From positions 1 through 45,926 of IMG/VR virus record IMGVR_UViG_3300033518_000101: a DNA stretch of 45,926 nucleotides; one strand, 5' to 3'. The position numbers and the translations under genes were made by a program. Positions 17,744 to 27,464 of the stretch are shown one piece after another (positions within the stretch are counted from its first letter, which is position 1; every line of letters starts with the position of its first letter). The notes beneath the pieces are model-generated. The model searched no databases. It was not told the DNA's origin and saw only the letters and a program-made list of their open reading frames with translations. The DNA comes from a virus (Duplodnaviria; Caudoviricetes).

Positions 17744-18388
17744 CTATTTATCCCATATTTCTCGTAACTCCGGAACTTCATGAACGTCGGGCTTGCCATG
17801 ACACACTATGATGCTGGTGTCGGGTGCGAGATTTTTGAGGTCTTGCACTTCCCACTTCCAGCTTTGCGCCCACAGCATGGGCCACCATGTTTCTTCTGCT
17901 GCATGGGCGTGGATGAAATCTTGGTCGCTGCGGAATTCTCGCTGGTAACGGACAGGGTCTTCTACAAAGCGTTGATACAGGGCCAGCTGGCTGTTGCCTG
18001 GCCAGCCCATCACGCTGCTGTTAGTGAAACGGATGTTGGTGCTCATTGCCCTGTTGAAGTCCTGGCAGATGCGAAACGTGCTGGGTTTGTAGTCCCAAAA
18101 CTTGTCAATGCGGTTTACGATAACTGTGTCTAGGTCCAGGTAAAGGTTGTTACCAGGCAGGTTGTTGAAGATGTCCAGCTTGAACCACCACGGCTTTGTT
18201 ACTCGCCAGTCTGGCAGCGTCATGAAAATCCAACCCAGGTCTTGTGGGTGTTGGGTTGGGTTGTCGGTAAACACATAGAAGTCAAAGTCGTATGCTGTGA
18301 ACTGACGCGCGCGGCGCCACAGGTTCAACACATACTCCGGCCCGTAGAGTGTGCCATAGTGCAAGCAAACTAGGTTATAAGCCATCAC
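17744..18388 (-). CDS. GT-A glycosyltransferase
   Basis: YGPEYV, FTD, WWFKL, YLDLD (DxD), NSSVM, DQDFI, HGKP. Confidence 0.85.
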   Translation of the reverse strand: MMAYNLVCLHYGTLYGPEYVLNLWRRARQFTAYDFDFYVFTDNPTQHPQDLGWIFMTLPDWRVTKPWWFKLDIFNNLPGNNLYLDLDTVIVNRIDKFWDYKPSTFRICQDFNRAMSTNIRFTNSSVMGWPGNSQLALYQRFVEDPVRYQREFRSDQDFIHAHAAEETWWPMLWAQSWKWEVQDLKNLAPDTSIIVCHGKPDVHEVPELREIWDK

Positions 18389-19040
18389 TCACCGCCTGCA
18401 TTGTCAACAGTGCGTCAAGTGGGGACCTAGATGAATGGAAGTGGATGATGTTTTTGGTGTCATCTAGGTGACGCCACACGTTGTCGTTGTTTTGTCCTGG
18501 TAATCCCACTGCTGGGGCTTGCTGCACTAAATCCTGAACGCTGGGTAACTCGCAGCCTTCACTCATGGCGTTATACACACCTTGCTCGTAATCGTAGAGA
18601 TCCTGGTTCCAGTCATTGAAGAGTTTTAGTGCGCGGTCCCATACTGAATCCTGCATGCCATGCGGGAAGTAGCGCAGGCCCGAGTTGGTTCTGCAACCGG
18701 GTGACCACTGCTCTCCAAAGATGGTGGTGGGCTTAAAGCAGACGGTGTCTGGGTCTGCGTATAGCACGTTGCACGGTTCTGATTGCCACAACCTATAGGT
18801 CTGCTCAAAGGTATAGCGGAACGAGTCTTGTAGCGAGTCAAACTGTTCGCTTAGGTAAAGCAACGTCCAATCGCCCTGCAGGTTCTTTTCATATGACCGT
18901 ATGCTGAGTTGTTGCATTTGCTCGTAGTAAATGATGTTGTTGTAATCCACTACCACTGGCCGGTGTGGATTTAGCGAGTCACCAAAGGTTTCAGTCGCTC
19001 GATTGATCCTGTGCAAGCTTTTGACGAGGTAGTTCTTCAA
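18375..19040 (-). CDS. Nucleotide-diphospho-sugar transferase-like protein
   Basis: LYADPD (DxD), NSGLRYF, EQGVYN, IIHFH. Confidence 0.7.
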   Translation of the reverse strand: MKNYLVKSLHRINRATETFGDSLNPHRPVVVDYNNIIYYEQMQQLSIRSYEKNLQGDWTLLYLSEQFDSLQDSFRYTFEQTYRLWQSEPCNVLYADPDTVCFKPTTIFGEQWSPGCRTNSGLRYFPHGMQDSVWDRALKLFNDWNQDLYDYEQGVYNAMSEGCELPSVQDLVQQAPAVGLPGQNNDNVWRHLDDTKNIIHFHSSRSPLDALLTMQAVSDGL

Positions 19041-19381
19041 CCTGTTCCCCCAATGCTCTCGCGTTGGATGTCGTCGTGATCAAACTGTGCCCAATACAGT
19101 TCAAAGCAAACGGTGTCCTTGTTGCACTTAAACATGTGATAATCACCAGGTGGCACTGCGGTGTATTCGCCTGCTCGCAGAACTGTAACGTCTACCAGAT
19201 CGTAATCGCGCTTCCAAACGTGGATCTCAAGCTCGCCGCTTTCAACCCAGAATCCGTTCCACTTGTGCTTGTGCAAATGCTTGCTGCAATAGCCACCGGC
19301 ACGGATCTCGATCCTGTGGAATTCAAAAAACGGGTTGGCTTCAATCTTTTCTGTGAAGCCCCAGACCTTACCTGATTTCAT
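19037..19381 (-). CDS. Cupin (sugar isomerase/epimerase-like)
   Basis: KVWG, CSKHLH..KWN, VPPGDYHMF. Confidence 0.75.
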   Translation of the reverse strand: MKSGKVWGFTEKIEANPFFEFHRIEIRAGGYCSKHLHKHKWNGFWVESGELEIHVWKRDYDLVDVTVLRAGEYTAVPPGDYHMFKCNKDTVCFELYWAQFDHDDIQRESIGGTG

Positions 19382-20142
19382 GGTTTTCTCTCTATGTCGT
19401 CTTCTTCGCACTTGCTACCATACTGCACTTCTAGTATGTGGCACGGTGCTTCGTAAGGGTTGGTGGCTTGATGCCACACCCCACTGCCAATCACGTAGTT
19501 GCCATTGTGTGCAGCTAGTTCAACAGTTTGCGTTAGGCCCGGGACTTCGGTGAGCAGGCGGCAGGCCCCGCTCAGAACATACCAGTTCTCACTACGGTGA
19601 GTGTGGCGTTGGTTGCTGAGGCTGCCGCCCGGTTGAATCACCAACTCCTTGACCTTGTAGCCCGGACGTTCGTCTAGCACACGATACCAACCCCATGGGC
19701 GGGTTGTTTTTGGGTTCTTCCATTCTTCGAGGATCCAGCTGCTACTGTTTTTCTTGTCTTCGCCGCCGACCCCAAATTCAAATCTCACCCAGGGTGTCTT
19801 ACCGTAGGTCCGGTATTCCGGAATGTTGTTCTCTACTCTGTCCCCACCATTGGCGAACACCAGCTGGTTGTTGGGGGAACGCTGCAACAGCTTGTAGATA
19901 GCCATGTTGGCAGTGCCATCGCTGTCGTCAAACGCTATTACCTCATCCACGCTGTTAAGGGCGTTTAGCACTGCGGCGCGTTCGCTCCACGGCATAAACG
20001 GTCGGCCCTTCTTGCGGGTGAGCCAGGCATCACTGTTGAGCCCTACTACCAGATAGTCTCCCAGCTTACTAGCAGCCGATAAATATGCTATATGTCCGCT
20101 ATGGATGGGATCGAAACCGCCGGTGACTAAAACTATTCTCAT
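19378..20142 (-). CDS. Cytidylyltransferase-family (HIGH) domain fused to a mannose-6-phosphate isomerase-type cupin
   Basis: GGFDPIHSGH, GLNSD, FANGGDR, KNSSS; then RPWG..LSNQRH..RSENW..EVQYG..EEDDIER. Confidence 0.88.
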   Translation of the reverse strand: MRIVLVTGGFDPIHSGHIAYLSAASKLGDYLVVGLNSDAWLTRKKGRPFMPWSERAAVLNALNSVDEVIAFDDSDGTANMAIYKLLQRSPNNQLVFANGGDRVENNIPEYRTYGKTPWVRFEFGVGGEDKKNSSSWILEEWKNPKTTRPWGWYRVLDERPGYKVKELVIQPGGSLSNQRHTHRSENWYVLSGACRLLTEVPGLTQTVELAAHNGNYVIGSGVWHQATNPYEAPCHILEVQYGSKCEEDDIERKP

Positions 20143-20177
20143 ACCATATTTACTCTCAATGAAAAAGGAAGATCAAT

Positions 20178-20858
20178 TTGAACAACGTATATGTCGGCTG
20201 GGATAGCAGAGAAGATATCGCTTTCCAAGTTGCTGCTCACAGCATACACAAACACAACCCAAATGTCAATGTCTTAGCACTCAAACAACACGAATTGCGA
20301 GACAAAGACGGTTACTGGCGCGAGGTTGACTCGCTGGCTAGCACCGAATTTTCCTTCACACGCTTTCTAGTGCCGAACCTCAACCACTACAACGGATGGG
20401 CAGTGTTTGTGGACTGTGACTTCTTGTTCCTCACAGACATCCAAGAGCTGTTTGACCAAGCTGATCCCAAGTATGCGGTCCAGGTTGTCAAGCACGACTA
20501 CACGCCAAAAGAAACCATCAAGATGGACGGCAAGACCCAACACCTTTACCCGCGCAAGAACTGGAGTAGTATGATGCTGTTCAACTGTGCTCACCCCAGC
20601 AACGCTGCACTGGATTTGGTCAACGTAAACACGCAGAGTGGTGCTTGGTTGCACCAGTTCAAGTGGCTCAAGGACGAGGAGATTGGCGAGCTGAGTCCTG
20701 AGTGGAACTGGCTGGTGGATTGGTATGAAGAGCCCAAAGATGGCAAGCCCAAGGCACTGCACTTTACCACTGGTGGACCGTGGTTCAAAGAGTATGCTGA
20801 CGTTGCTTATGGCGACCGTTGGATTGCAGAGCGCAACGAGTATTACAAGAGCTGGTAA
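20178..20858 (+). CDS. GT8-like glycosyltransferase
   Basis: STEFSFTRFLVP, FVDCD, YPRKNWSS, WNWLV, HFTTGGPW. Confidence 0.85.
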   Translation: MNNVYVGWDSREDIAFQVAAHSIHKHNPNVNVLALKQHELRDKDGYWREVDSLASTEFSFTRFLVPNLNHYNGWAVFVDCDFLFLTDIQELFDQADPKYAVQVVKHDYTPKETIKMDGKTQHLYPRKNWSSMMLFNCAHPSNAALDLVNVNTQSGAWLHQFKWLKDEEIGELSPEWNWLVDWYEEPKDGKPKALHFTTGGPWFKEYADVAYGDRWIAERNEYYKSW

Positions 20859-21664
20859 TGAGCAAGCAACTATTAGTCACCACATTCAACATTGCTGGCT
20901 ACCGCAACTACGGCAAGCGTATGCTCACCAGCTTTTTGCGGCACTGGCCCAAGGACCAACAGATGGTGGTCTACCATGAAAACTTTACGCTGGACACGTT
21001 GTTTCAAGACAACCCTCAGATCATCATCCGTAATCTCAACACGGTTACAGACCTAGTAACGTTCAAGAGACGACACGCTAACAACCCCCCAGCACATGGT
21101 TACTGGCCGCTTGGCGCTACAGCCAACGTGTTTAAGTGGGATGCTGTCAAGTTCAGTCACAAGGTGTATGCGCTCAATCATTGCTTTGAGAATCTCGAGG
21201 ACGACGTTGATGGAATGGTGTGGCTTGACGGTGACACTATCACCCACAGGGACGTGCCACCAGAGTTCTTAGGCGGTATGGCAGCAACAGGTGAGTTTGG
21301 TCTCAGCTATTTGGGAAGGACCAACAATCACAGTGAGTGCGGGTTTGTTGGATACAATCGTCGGCACCCGCAGATGGCAGAGTTTTGGGCACGTTTTGTT
21401 GGGCTATACAACAGCGACGAGTTGTTCAAGCTCGAAGAATGGCATGACAGCTTTGTGTTTGACGTTGTGCGGCGTGAGTTTGAGGCCGCTGGCATGAAAA
21501 ACTTTAACATCACCCCAGATCCCGTCAACAACCATCCGTTCATCAACAGCGACCTTGGGTTGTATATGGACCACATGAAAGGCAATCGCAAACAAATGGG
21601 CCGCAGCAAAAGACACGAACGACAGATAAAGGTTGACGATGAGCCTGGATGGTGGGTGCGATGA
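20858..21664 (+). CDS. Glycosyltransferase (GT-A-like)
   Basis: WDAVKFSHKV, WLDGD, ECGFV, WHDSFVFD, DHMKG; TAATG overlap. Confidence 0.75.
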   Translation: MSKQLLVTTFNIAGYRNYGKRMLTSFLRHWPKDQQMVVYHENFTLDTLFQDNPQIIIRNLNTVTDLVTFKRRHANNPPAHGYWPLGATANVFKWDAVKFSHKVYALNHCFENLEDDVDGMVWLDGDTITHRDVPPEFLGGMAATGEFGLSYLGRTNNHSECGFVGYNRRHPQMAEFWARFVGLYNSDELFKLEEWHDSFVFDVVRREFEAAGMKNFNITPDPVNNHPFINSDLGLYMDHMKGNRKQMGRSKRHERQIKVDDEPGWWVR

Positions 21665-22326
21665 TTAGTTTACTTTGCCCTACTAGAGGACGGCCCGACC
21701 GGGCTATGGCGTTCTTGCGCAGCGTGTGGGATACGCAACACAACGACAACGAGATTGTGTTCGGCTTGCAGAAGGATGATCCTCGGCTCGGCGATTACCC
21801 CAAAGAGATAACAGATCGTGCCATTGTTTTTGAGCCCAGCACCACTGTTTACTACTGGAACGAGATGGCCGCGTGGAGCAAGGGGGATCTGCTAACGCTG
21901 ATTGCAGACGACGTAATCATGCAGACGCCAGGGTGGGACACCACCTTTGAGGCTGTGCGGGCGCGCCACCCTGATGGCATGTATCTCATCACCACGCAAG
22001 ATGGGCGAGGCGTGGGTCACGCTCCGGCGCATCTTCCTACCCCGCACCCAACGATTACGAGAGAGTGGCATGATGCGCTGGGTTATTTTACGTTCCCTGG
22101 CCTGTTTCACTACTATGCCGACACGTGGAACAGCAAGATTGCACAATCCGTCGGGCGTCAGGTCAACATGTATGACATTGAGTGGACACACATCAAAGAG
22201 CACGATGCGACACGGGCATTGATAAAGAAGAACAAGTGGGCAACGCTAGACGAGGAGGTTTTCAAACTGTGCAAGCGGCACTGGGAGACCGACCTGGCAA
22301 TAATCAAGAGCAAGATAAAGACATGA
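21661..22326 (+). CDS. GT2-like glycosyltransferase
   Basis: ISLLCPTRGRP, ADD, GWD, HYYADTW. Confidence 0.75.
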   Translation: MISLLCPTRGRPDRAMAFLRSVWDTQHNDNEIVFGLQKDDPRLGDYPKEITDRAIVFEPSTTVYYWNEMAAWSKGDLLTLIADDVIMQTPGWDTTFEAVRARHPDGMYLITTQDGRGVGHAPAHLPTPHPTITREWHDALGYFTFPGLFHYYADTWNSKIAQSVGRQVNMYDIEWTHIKEHDATRALIKKNKWATLDEEVFKLCKRHWETDLAIIKSKIKT

Positions 22327-23042
22327 TCACAGCAATAATACCAGCGGCTGGACAAGGCACACGACTCAATCTACCTTACCCCAAAGAGATCTATCGTGTA
22401 GACCGCAACCAAGCGTTGATTGACTTCACCTTTGATTTCTTCAAGGGCTACACCAGGGACGAGGTGGAGTTTGTTGTCATCATAAACGAGCACAAGACGG
22501 ACATTGTAAAGTATCTCAGTCGTTACAAGAGCCGGTTCAACATCAGCTTCACTTACCAAAACCCGGCAGAGAAGGAATACACCGGCGCTGTCAAGAGTGC
22601 AGCACACTTGTTCGGCGAATACAACGTTTTTCTATTGCCCGACACTATTATGACACTGGCGCCTGGTGCAGACTTGGGCCAACTAATTAAGACTGCGCTA
22701 GCCAACGACAGCTTTGCATTCCTATACAAGCCTGAGACTGACCCTGCTATGCTAAAAACCAAAGGTGCGCTAACTGTTGAGAACGGCGTTGTTACTGCTT
22801 ACGAAGATAAGCCCAAAGAGGATTTGGGTAGGTTCAATGCGTTCTATTGCAGCTTTGCGTTCAAGCGTGACGCGTTTGACTCGGCTATGGCATTTATGGA
22901 GAAAAGCACTCTTGGGCTTGAGGTTGATCCAGCTGAGATACGCAACACGCCACTATATTTGTGCAAGGGCATTCCAGTAGTAGACTTCGTTGACCTTGGC
23001 ACTTGGCCAGAGCTGCGTCGCATGTTAAGGGAAGTCGAGTGA
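22323..23042 (+). CDS. Sugar-1-phosphate nucleotidyltransferase
   Basis: IIPAAGQGTRL..PKE, LPD, DLGTW. Confidence 0.85.
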   Translation: MITAIIPAAGQGTRLNLPYPKEIYRVDRNQALIDFTFDFFKGYTRDEVEFVVIINEHKTDIVKYLSRYKSRFNISFTYQNPAEKEYTGAVKSAAHLFGEYNVFLLPDTIMTLAPGADLGQLIKTALANDSFAFLYKPETDPAMLKTKGALTVENGVVTAYEDKPKEDLGRFNAFYCSFAFKRDAFDSAMAFMEKSTLGLEVDPAEIRNTPLYLCKGIPVVDFVDLGTWPELRRMLREVE

Positions 23043-23881
23043 AGGTAATAGGCTACAGCACTCACAAGCCTCACACCACAGCTATTGTTGATGCAATGCT
23101 GGAAAGTGTGCCCAACAGCCGCCTAATGGATGTCAGCAAGTTTGACGAGTGCGAGCCATTACCCGACGCTGACTACATTGTGATTAGCGGCATCCTGCGT
23201 GGCTGCGGCATGGTTTACAAGGCATGTGTTGAACAGAAGCGAGATTTTTTGTTCATCGACCATGCCTACTTTGACGCTGGGTATGAAGAGCCTACGTGGA
23301 TGCGGGTCACCAAGAACAGGCACGTCTTCGGCCCTGGGCTTGAGGGCTGCGATGAGCTGCGGTATGGGCGGTTGTTTAATCGTTACAGGCTGCAACCATG
23401 GCGTGGGTGGCTGCCGGGCGGCTACATTCTCGTGCTGCCACCGACAGACGCCATTGGGTGGCTGTTTGATCAGCGTGACTGGCAGCATGACACTATCCGC
23501 GAGATCAAGAGGCGCACGGATCTCCCTATCAAAGTGCGGCCCAAGCCCACCAACGCCATTGTGGACGACCGTGGCAATCTGCTCAAGATGAAAAACGTAG
23601 TGAATGGCACCACGCTAGCAGAGGACGTAGCAGGCGCTGCGGCTGTTGTGGTCTACAATAGCAACGCTGCATTGGAGGTGATTGAAATGGGTGTGCCTGT
23701 CATCTGTAGCGAAAACTGCTCAGCCTACCCTATCTCGTTCAAGCTAGATGACCTAGCCATGCCGGACGTGTTTGCGCAGGAGTCACGACGCCAACAGTTG
23801 TTTTGGGACCTGGCCTACAACCAATACAACCTCTACGAGATGAAGAAGGGCGTGGTCTACTCTCGCCTAGGACTGCGATGA
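23039..23881 (+). CDS. Capsule-biosynthesis-like GT-B protein
   Basis: IDHAYF, ILVLPP, IKVRPKP, VVVYNSNAALE..GVPVI, LAYNQY. Confidence 0.65.
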   Translation: MKVIGYSTHKPHTTAIVDAMLESVPNSRLMDVSKFDECEPLPDADYIVISGILRGCGMVYKACVEQKRDFLFIDHAYFDAGYEEPTWMRVTKNRHVFGPGLEGCDELRYGRLFNRYRLQPWRGWLPGGYILVLPPTDAIGWLFDQRDWQHDTIREIKRRTDLPIKVRPKPTNAIVDDRGNLLKMKNVVNGTTLAEDVAGAAAVVVYNSNAALEVIEMGVPVICSENCSAYPISFKLDDLAMPDVFAQESRRQQLFWDLAYNQYNLYEMKKGVVYSRLGLR

Positions 23882-24224
23882 AGGTAAGCTATTGGCCGGA
23901 GGCGGTCGCCCGCAACGGTGTCACCGTTGCTGGCACCTACGATGATTTTGATTTGCGGTTTGACGGCTTAGTCAACTGGAACAGTAACCTGTTGTAGCTG
24001 GTGTGCCGGTTTGGGTTGGCCCTACCAGCTTGGCTGCTACAGTAGGAAATACCCGATTGTCAGCAATAGACCAACCCATACTGCCAGAAAGATCAGCTTG
24101 GTTCGCAGAGTATGTTCATACGGAGTGGTTGTTAGAAGAAATAGCCAGTGGTGCACCGTGGAGCCTCCTTAAACGTCAGATGGAAACGTCTTCCATCCCC
24201 GCAGTTCGCAGCCTGGTGATGTGA
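23878..24224 (+). pseudogene. Internally deleted and frameshifted paralog of the preceding GT-B-like gene
   Basis: Short N-terminus to LVNWNSN, then a frameshift into AGVPVWVGPTSLAA...EW..EEIASGAPW. Confidence 0.6.
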
Positions 24225-24637
24225 CCCAGCATATAGCTTTTCTGGTCCAGGCCCTTGATGATACCCAAGTATTTATTGCGCAGTAGCGCAACCTCGTTGA
24301 TCAGCGTTTCGTAGTCAACCACCTCGTCTTCGCCGTCTGTGTATTTTTCGGCGTCACGGCTGCTTAGGGCGCGGTTGTAGCCCTCTAGATACTTTTGGAA
24401 ATGCTTGCGTCGCAGCTTGCGCAACTGTATGTTCATGTAGTTGAGCACAGCCTCAATCTCTTGAAGCTGGCTAAATCGTTCTTCGAAGATGCCTGGCAGC
24501 TTACTAATGTTACGCTCAACAACGCCTGCGACGGCACAGTCACGCCGTGCTTGATCGAGCTCTTTTGTGTAATACTCGATAAAGTCCGGCAGGTGACCGA
24601 TGTTTTGTGTAACCTTGGTATACCAGCCTGTAGCCAT
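24176..24637 (-). CDS. uvsY: UvsY recombination mediator
   Basis: YLEGYNRALSSRDAEKYTDGE and LRTAGMED motifs; downstream of uvsX. Confidence 0.88.
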   Translation of the reverse strand: MATGWYTKVTQNIGHLPDFIEYYTKELDQARRDCAVAGVVERNISKLPGIFEERFSQLQEIEAVLNYMNIQLRKLRRKHFQKYLEGYNRALSSRDAEKYTDGEDEVVDYETLINEVALLRNKYLGIIKGLDQKSYMLGHITRLRTAGMEDVSI

Positions 24638-24706
24638 TTCAACGTCCTTGTCTTTAAATCACAGTGTAGCATGAGGGAACCAGGCTTGTCGACCTCAATC
24701 AAAATC

Positions 24707-24914
24707 ATAAATATCAGTGTAGTGCGCGGCAAGGCCTGCTCAAATTGAGACCAGGCAGAAGATCTCTGAGTCAAAACTCGGCAAAGCCAGGATGCCCTTC
24801 TCCGCCGAGCATAGACAGAAGATCTCAGATGCGATGCGCGGCAAAGTAAGGCATCCTCACTCAGCTGAGACCAAGAAGAAGATATCCGAGACAAAGCGCA
24901 CGACGAGAAAGTAA
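24707..24914 (+). mobile_element. Internally deleted miniature copy E of the GIY-YIG/NUMOD3 element
   Basis: ATAAATAtCAGTGTAGTGCGCG leader start fused directly to NUMOD3 repeats (ETRQKISESKLGKARMPFSAEHRQKISDAMRGK..HSAETKKKISE). Confidence 0.75.
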
Positions 24915-24915
24915 G

Positions 24916-25149
24916 TCAACCATCCTCATCCCAGTCGTCGTCCGACTCTGGCTCATTTGCTGCAATAGCGGTTTCAAGGTATTGGTCCACACCCCGCAAT
25001 TTCACCAAGTCCTCGTCCCGGATGCCTGCTTCCATTAGCTCTACGACTAAATGTTCTGCTGCATTGGCCCGGTCCGCGGCCTTGATGTATTGCACTAGGA
25101 TGGACCAGCACACTTCGATGCTGTCTGCGTCCATTATACTACCTTTCAC
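24916..25149 (-). CDS. Small acidic protein downstream of uvsX
   Basis: Overlaps the uvsX stop; acidic C-terminus. Confidence 0.75.
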   Translation of the reverse strand: MKGSIMDADSIEVCWSILVQYIKAADRANAAEHLVVELMEAGIRDEDLVKLRGVDQYLETAIAANEPESDDDWDEDG

Positions 25150-26219
25150 TCTGCCGTGTCAACGACTGTCTCGTCGTTGCCGGTATTTACGTTATCTAGG
25201 CTGAGGATGTCTACGCCCTGGAGGTCCGACATGATTACGTCCAGCTTTTCGCCAGTCCATGCCTTGCGGAATTCTAGCATCTCCTTACCCTCTTTGGTGA
25301 GGTAGCGCAGCCTGTTGCCCTGCTTGGTGAGAATGCCCTTCTTCTCGAAGATGTCAATCAAGCCGCTGTATGGGTCCATGCCGGTCTCGTATGGGATCTT
25401 GACCTGGACGCTTTCGAATGGCTTGGCGTAACGTGTCTTCATGATCTTACAGCTGGCACGGATGCCGTTCACTTCACTGGTCTTATTGCCGTCCTCATCT
25501 TCTTTTAGCTTGAGCTTTTTCATAGCAACAACGATGCTGCTGGCGTAGATGAATCCTTGGCCGCCCGATATCTTGTCATCTGGGTCAAACATGTCTTGGC
25601 TGGCATAGGTGTGGTTTGTAGCTACCATACCAATGTTCAGCGCACCAAACATGTTGACGCAGTTGCGAACCAGTGCTGTAAGTGCTCTGGGTTTACGACC
25701 GAAGTCGCCTTTCATATCACCAGCGTTGAACTGGTTGACGTCAGTTGGTGTAAGCAACATGCCCAAGCTGTCTACTACGAACAGCACCTTAGGGCGCTCT
25801 TCTTCTGGCAGTGCCTTGTAGTCGGCAACAAACAAACTGATGGCTTTGGCCACGTCGTCAATCATTGCCATGTTAAGCTTGAGCAGCTTGCTTGGATCTG
25901 TGTCTACGTCTAGTGCCTGTAGCCAGGCCTCGTCAAGGGCGTTTTCGCTGTCAATCAGCACCACAAAGATGCCTTGACGTTGTGCGTCCTTTACAATGTT
26001 GGCGCTGCAAAAGTAGCTCTTGCCGGCGCCGCTTTCACCAGCAAACACCGTCACCTTGCCCATTGGAATGCCGCGATGGAAGTCTCCACTGATGAGGTAG
26101 TTTAGTGCATAGCTGCCAGTGCTGATCCAGTCAGTTGGGTCATTGAACCCCACGCTAAGACCGTCAATGCTTTTGGTGATGTCTTTGCGGAATTTGCTAA
26201 TGTCGAATGGTTTGGCCAT
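25146..26219 (-). CDS. uvsX: UvsX RecA-like recombinase
   Basis: AGESGAGKS, DSENALD, VVDSLG, TNHTY, SGGQG, KTRYAKPF. Confidence 0.95.
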   Translation of the reverse strand: MAKPFDISKFRKDITKSIDGLSVGFNDPTDWISTGSYALNYLISGDFHRGIPMGKVTVFAGESGAGKSYFCSANIVKDAQRQGIFVVLIDSENALDEAWLQALDVDTDPSKLLKLNMAMIDDVAKAISLFVADYKALPEEERPKVLFVVDSLGMLLTPTDVNQFNAGDMKGDFGRKPRALTALVRNCVNMFGALNIGMVATNHTYASQDMFDPDDKISGGQGFIYASSIVVAMKKLKLKEDEDGNKTSEVNGIRASCKIMKTRYAKPFESVQVKIPYETGMDPYSGLIDIFEKKGILTKQGNRLRYLTKEGKEMLEFRKAWTGEKLDVIMSDLQGVDILSLDNVNTGNDETVVDTAE

Positions 26220-26243
26220 AGGTTATCCTTTATCGGTTGAATA

Positions 26244-26274
26244 GACTAAGGGCAGTTGCCTGCCCTTAGTTTTC
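26244..26274. terminator. Terminator-like hairpin between gp32 and uvsX
   Basis: ACTAAGGGCA-gttgcc-TGCCCTTAGT stem. Confidence 0.65.
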
Positions 26275-26279
26275 TCGTC

Positions 26280-27296
26280 TTATTCTGCTGATTTGCGGTT
26301 GCGGATCATCGCCAGGATGTCTGCGGTCTTTGCTGATGGTTCAGCACTTGGAGTAACCACTGGCGCAGAAGCCACTACAGGTGCTGCCTCGGATGCGCCA
26401 CCATCAAAAGGGATTTCGTCATCCGCGCCTGCTGCTGGGGCAGGTGTTGGCTTGCTTGCTGCCTTTGCAGGTGCGCTAGCTGCCGGTGCACCACCTGGTG
26501 CTGCTGGAACGTCAACGCCGTATGGCTTGAAGTATTGTCCCCACTTGTCGAGGTCGTATGCCTGACCGTCAACGCTGGCTTCGAACATTTCAACCATCAC
26601 CTTGAGTTCAACCTCAGTTGGACGCTTTGGCAGGAAGTCACGCAGGTCGTAAAGACCATGTGTGTCAATTGCCGCACGTTCTGCGCTGCTGAGTGCGCTT
26701 TCTTTGCGCGCCCACTTGCTGGTGCTGTAGTCTGCGTATCCGCCCTTGGTGGTCTTGACGATTGAGAAGTCAAGTCCGCGATCAAAGTCAGTTGGCAGTT
26801 CTTCAATCTCAGTGTCCATCAGCGCAGCCTTAACCACGTTGAAGATCTGTGGGCTGATGATGAAGCGACGGATTGGGTTTTCTGGAACGTTGTCCTCTAC
26901 CAATGGGTTTTCGTGAACGAAGCCCTGGAACAGGTAGCTCTTCTTCTTCCAGTATTTGCGGCCCATGTCTTCAAGGCTCTTGTCCTTGAACCAGGTGCGC
27001 ACTTCAGCCAGGATTGGGCACGAGTCGCCATACATTTCCACGCATGGAACCTGCATGATCAGCGGCTTGCTGTCCGTCTGACCCTTGATGCCGCTGAACG
27101 GCAGCTTGATCATGTTGCGCTCAACCCAGAAGAAATCGTTACCAGTGTTGCCATCTGGTAGGAATCTTACGCGGGCTGTTGTTCCTTCGGGGATGTTCCA
27201 GTGTGCATAAATTGCACGATCGCCGCCTTGGGCGCCGCCTGTTTGGCGTGAGTCTGCTGCTTGAAGTTTTGCTCTAATTTCTGCTAGTGAAGCCAT
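26280..27296 (-). CDS. Single-stranded DNA-binding protein (gp32-like)
   Basis: RFLPD, CPIL, YWKK, GGYADYSTSKW; Ala/Pro-rich tail with DDEIPF. Confidence 0.92.
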   Translation of the reverse strand: MASLAEIRAKLQAADSRQTGGAQGGDRAIYAHWNIPEGTTARVRFLPDGNTGNDFFWVERNMIKLPFSGIKGQTDSKPLIMQVPCVEMYGDSCPILAEVRTWFKDKSLEDMGRKYWKKKSYLFQGFVHENPLVEDNVPENPIRRFIISPQIFNVVKAALMDTEIEELPTDFDRGLDFSIVKTTKGGYADYSTSKWARKESALSSAERAAIDTHGLYDLRDFLPKRPTEVELKVMVEMFEASVDGQAYDLDKWGQYFKPYGVDVPAAPGGAPAASAPAKAASKPTPAPAAGADDEIPFDGGASEAAPVVASAPVVTPSAEPSAKTADILAMIRNRKSAE

Positions 27297-27420
27297 GATG
27301 TATATCCTTTATGTTTTGCCATGATGCTTGTTTTTGTAGTGTTTGCCTATCACACACTATAGGTACAGTGTATGCTCTTTATTTATCTCAGGTCAATATC
27401 TTTTGCCTAAATCTGATCAA

Positions 27421-27450
27421 GAAAAAAGGCAGCTTGTCAGCTACCTTCTT
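27421..27450 (-). terminator. Rho-independent terminator
   Basis: AAGGTAGC-loop-GCTGCCTT followed by a T-run, after the 27465 ORF. Confidence 0.7.
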
Positions 27451-27464
27451 TGCATGATGTTTGC

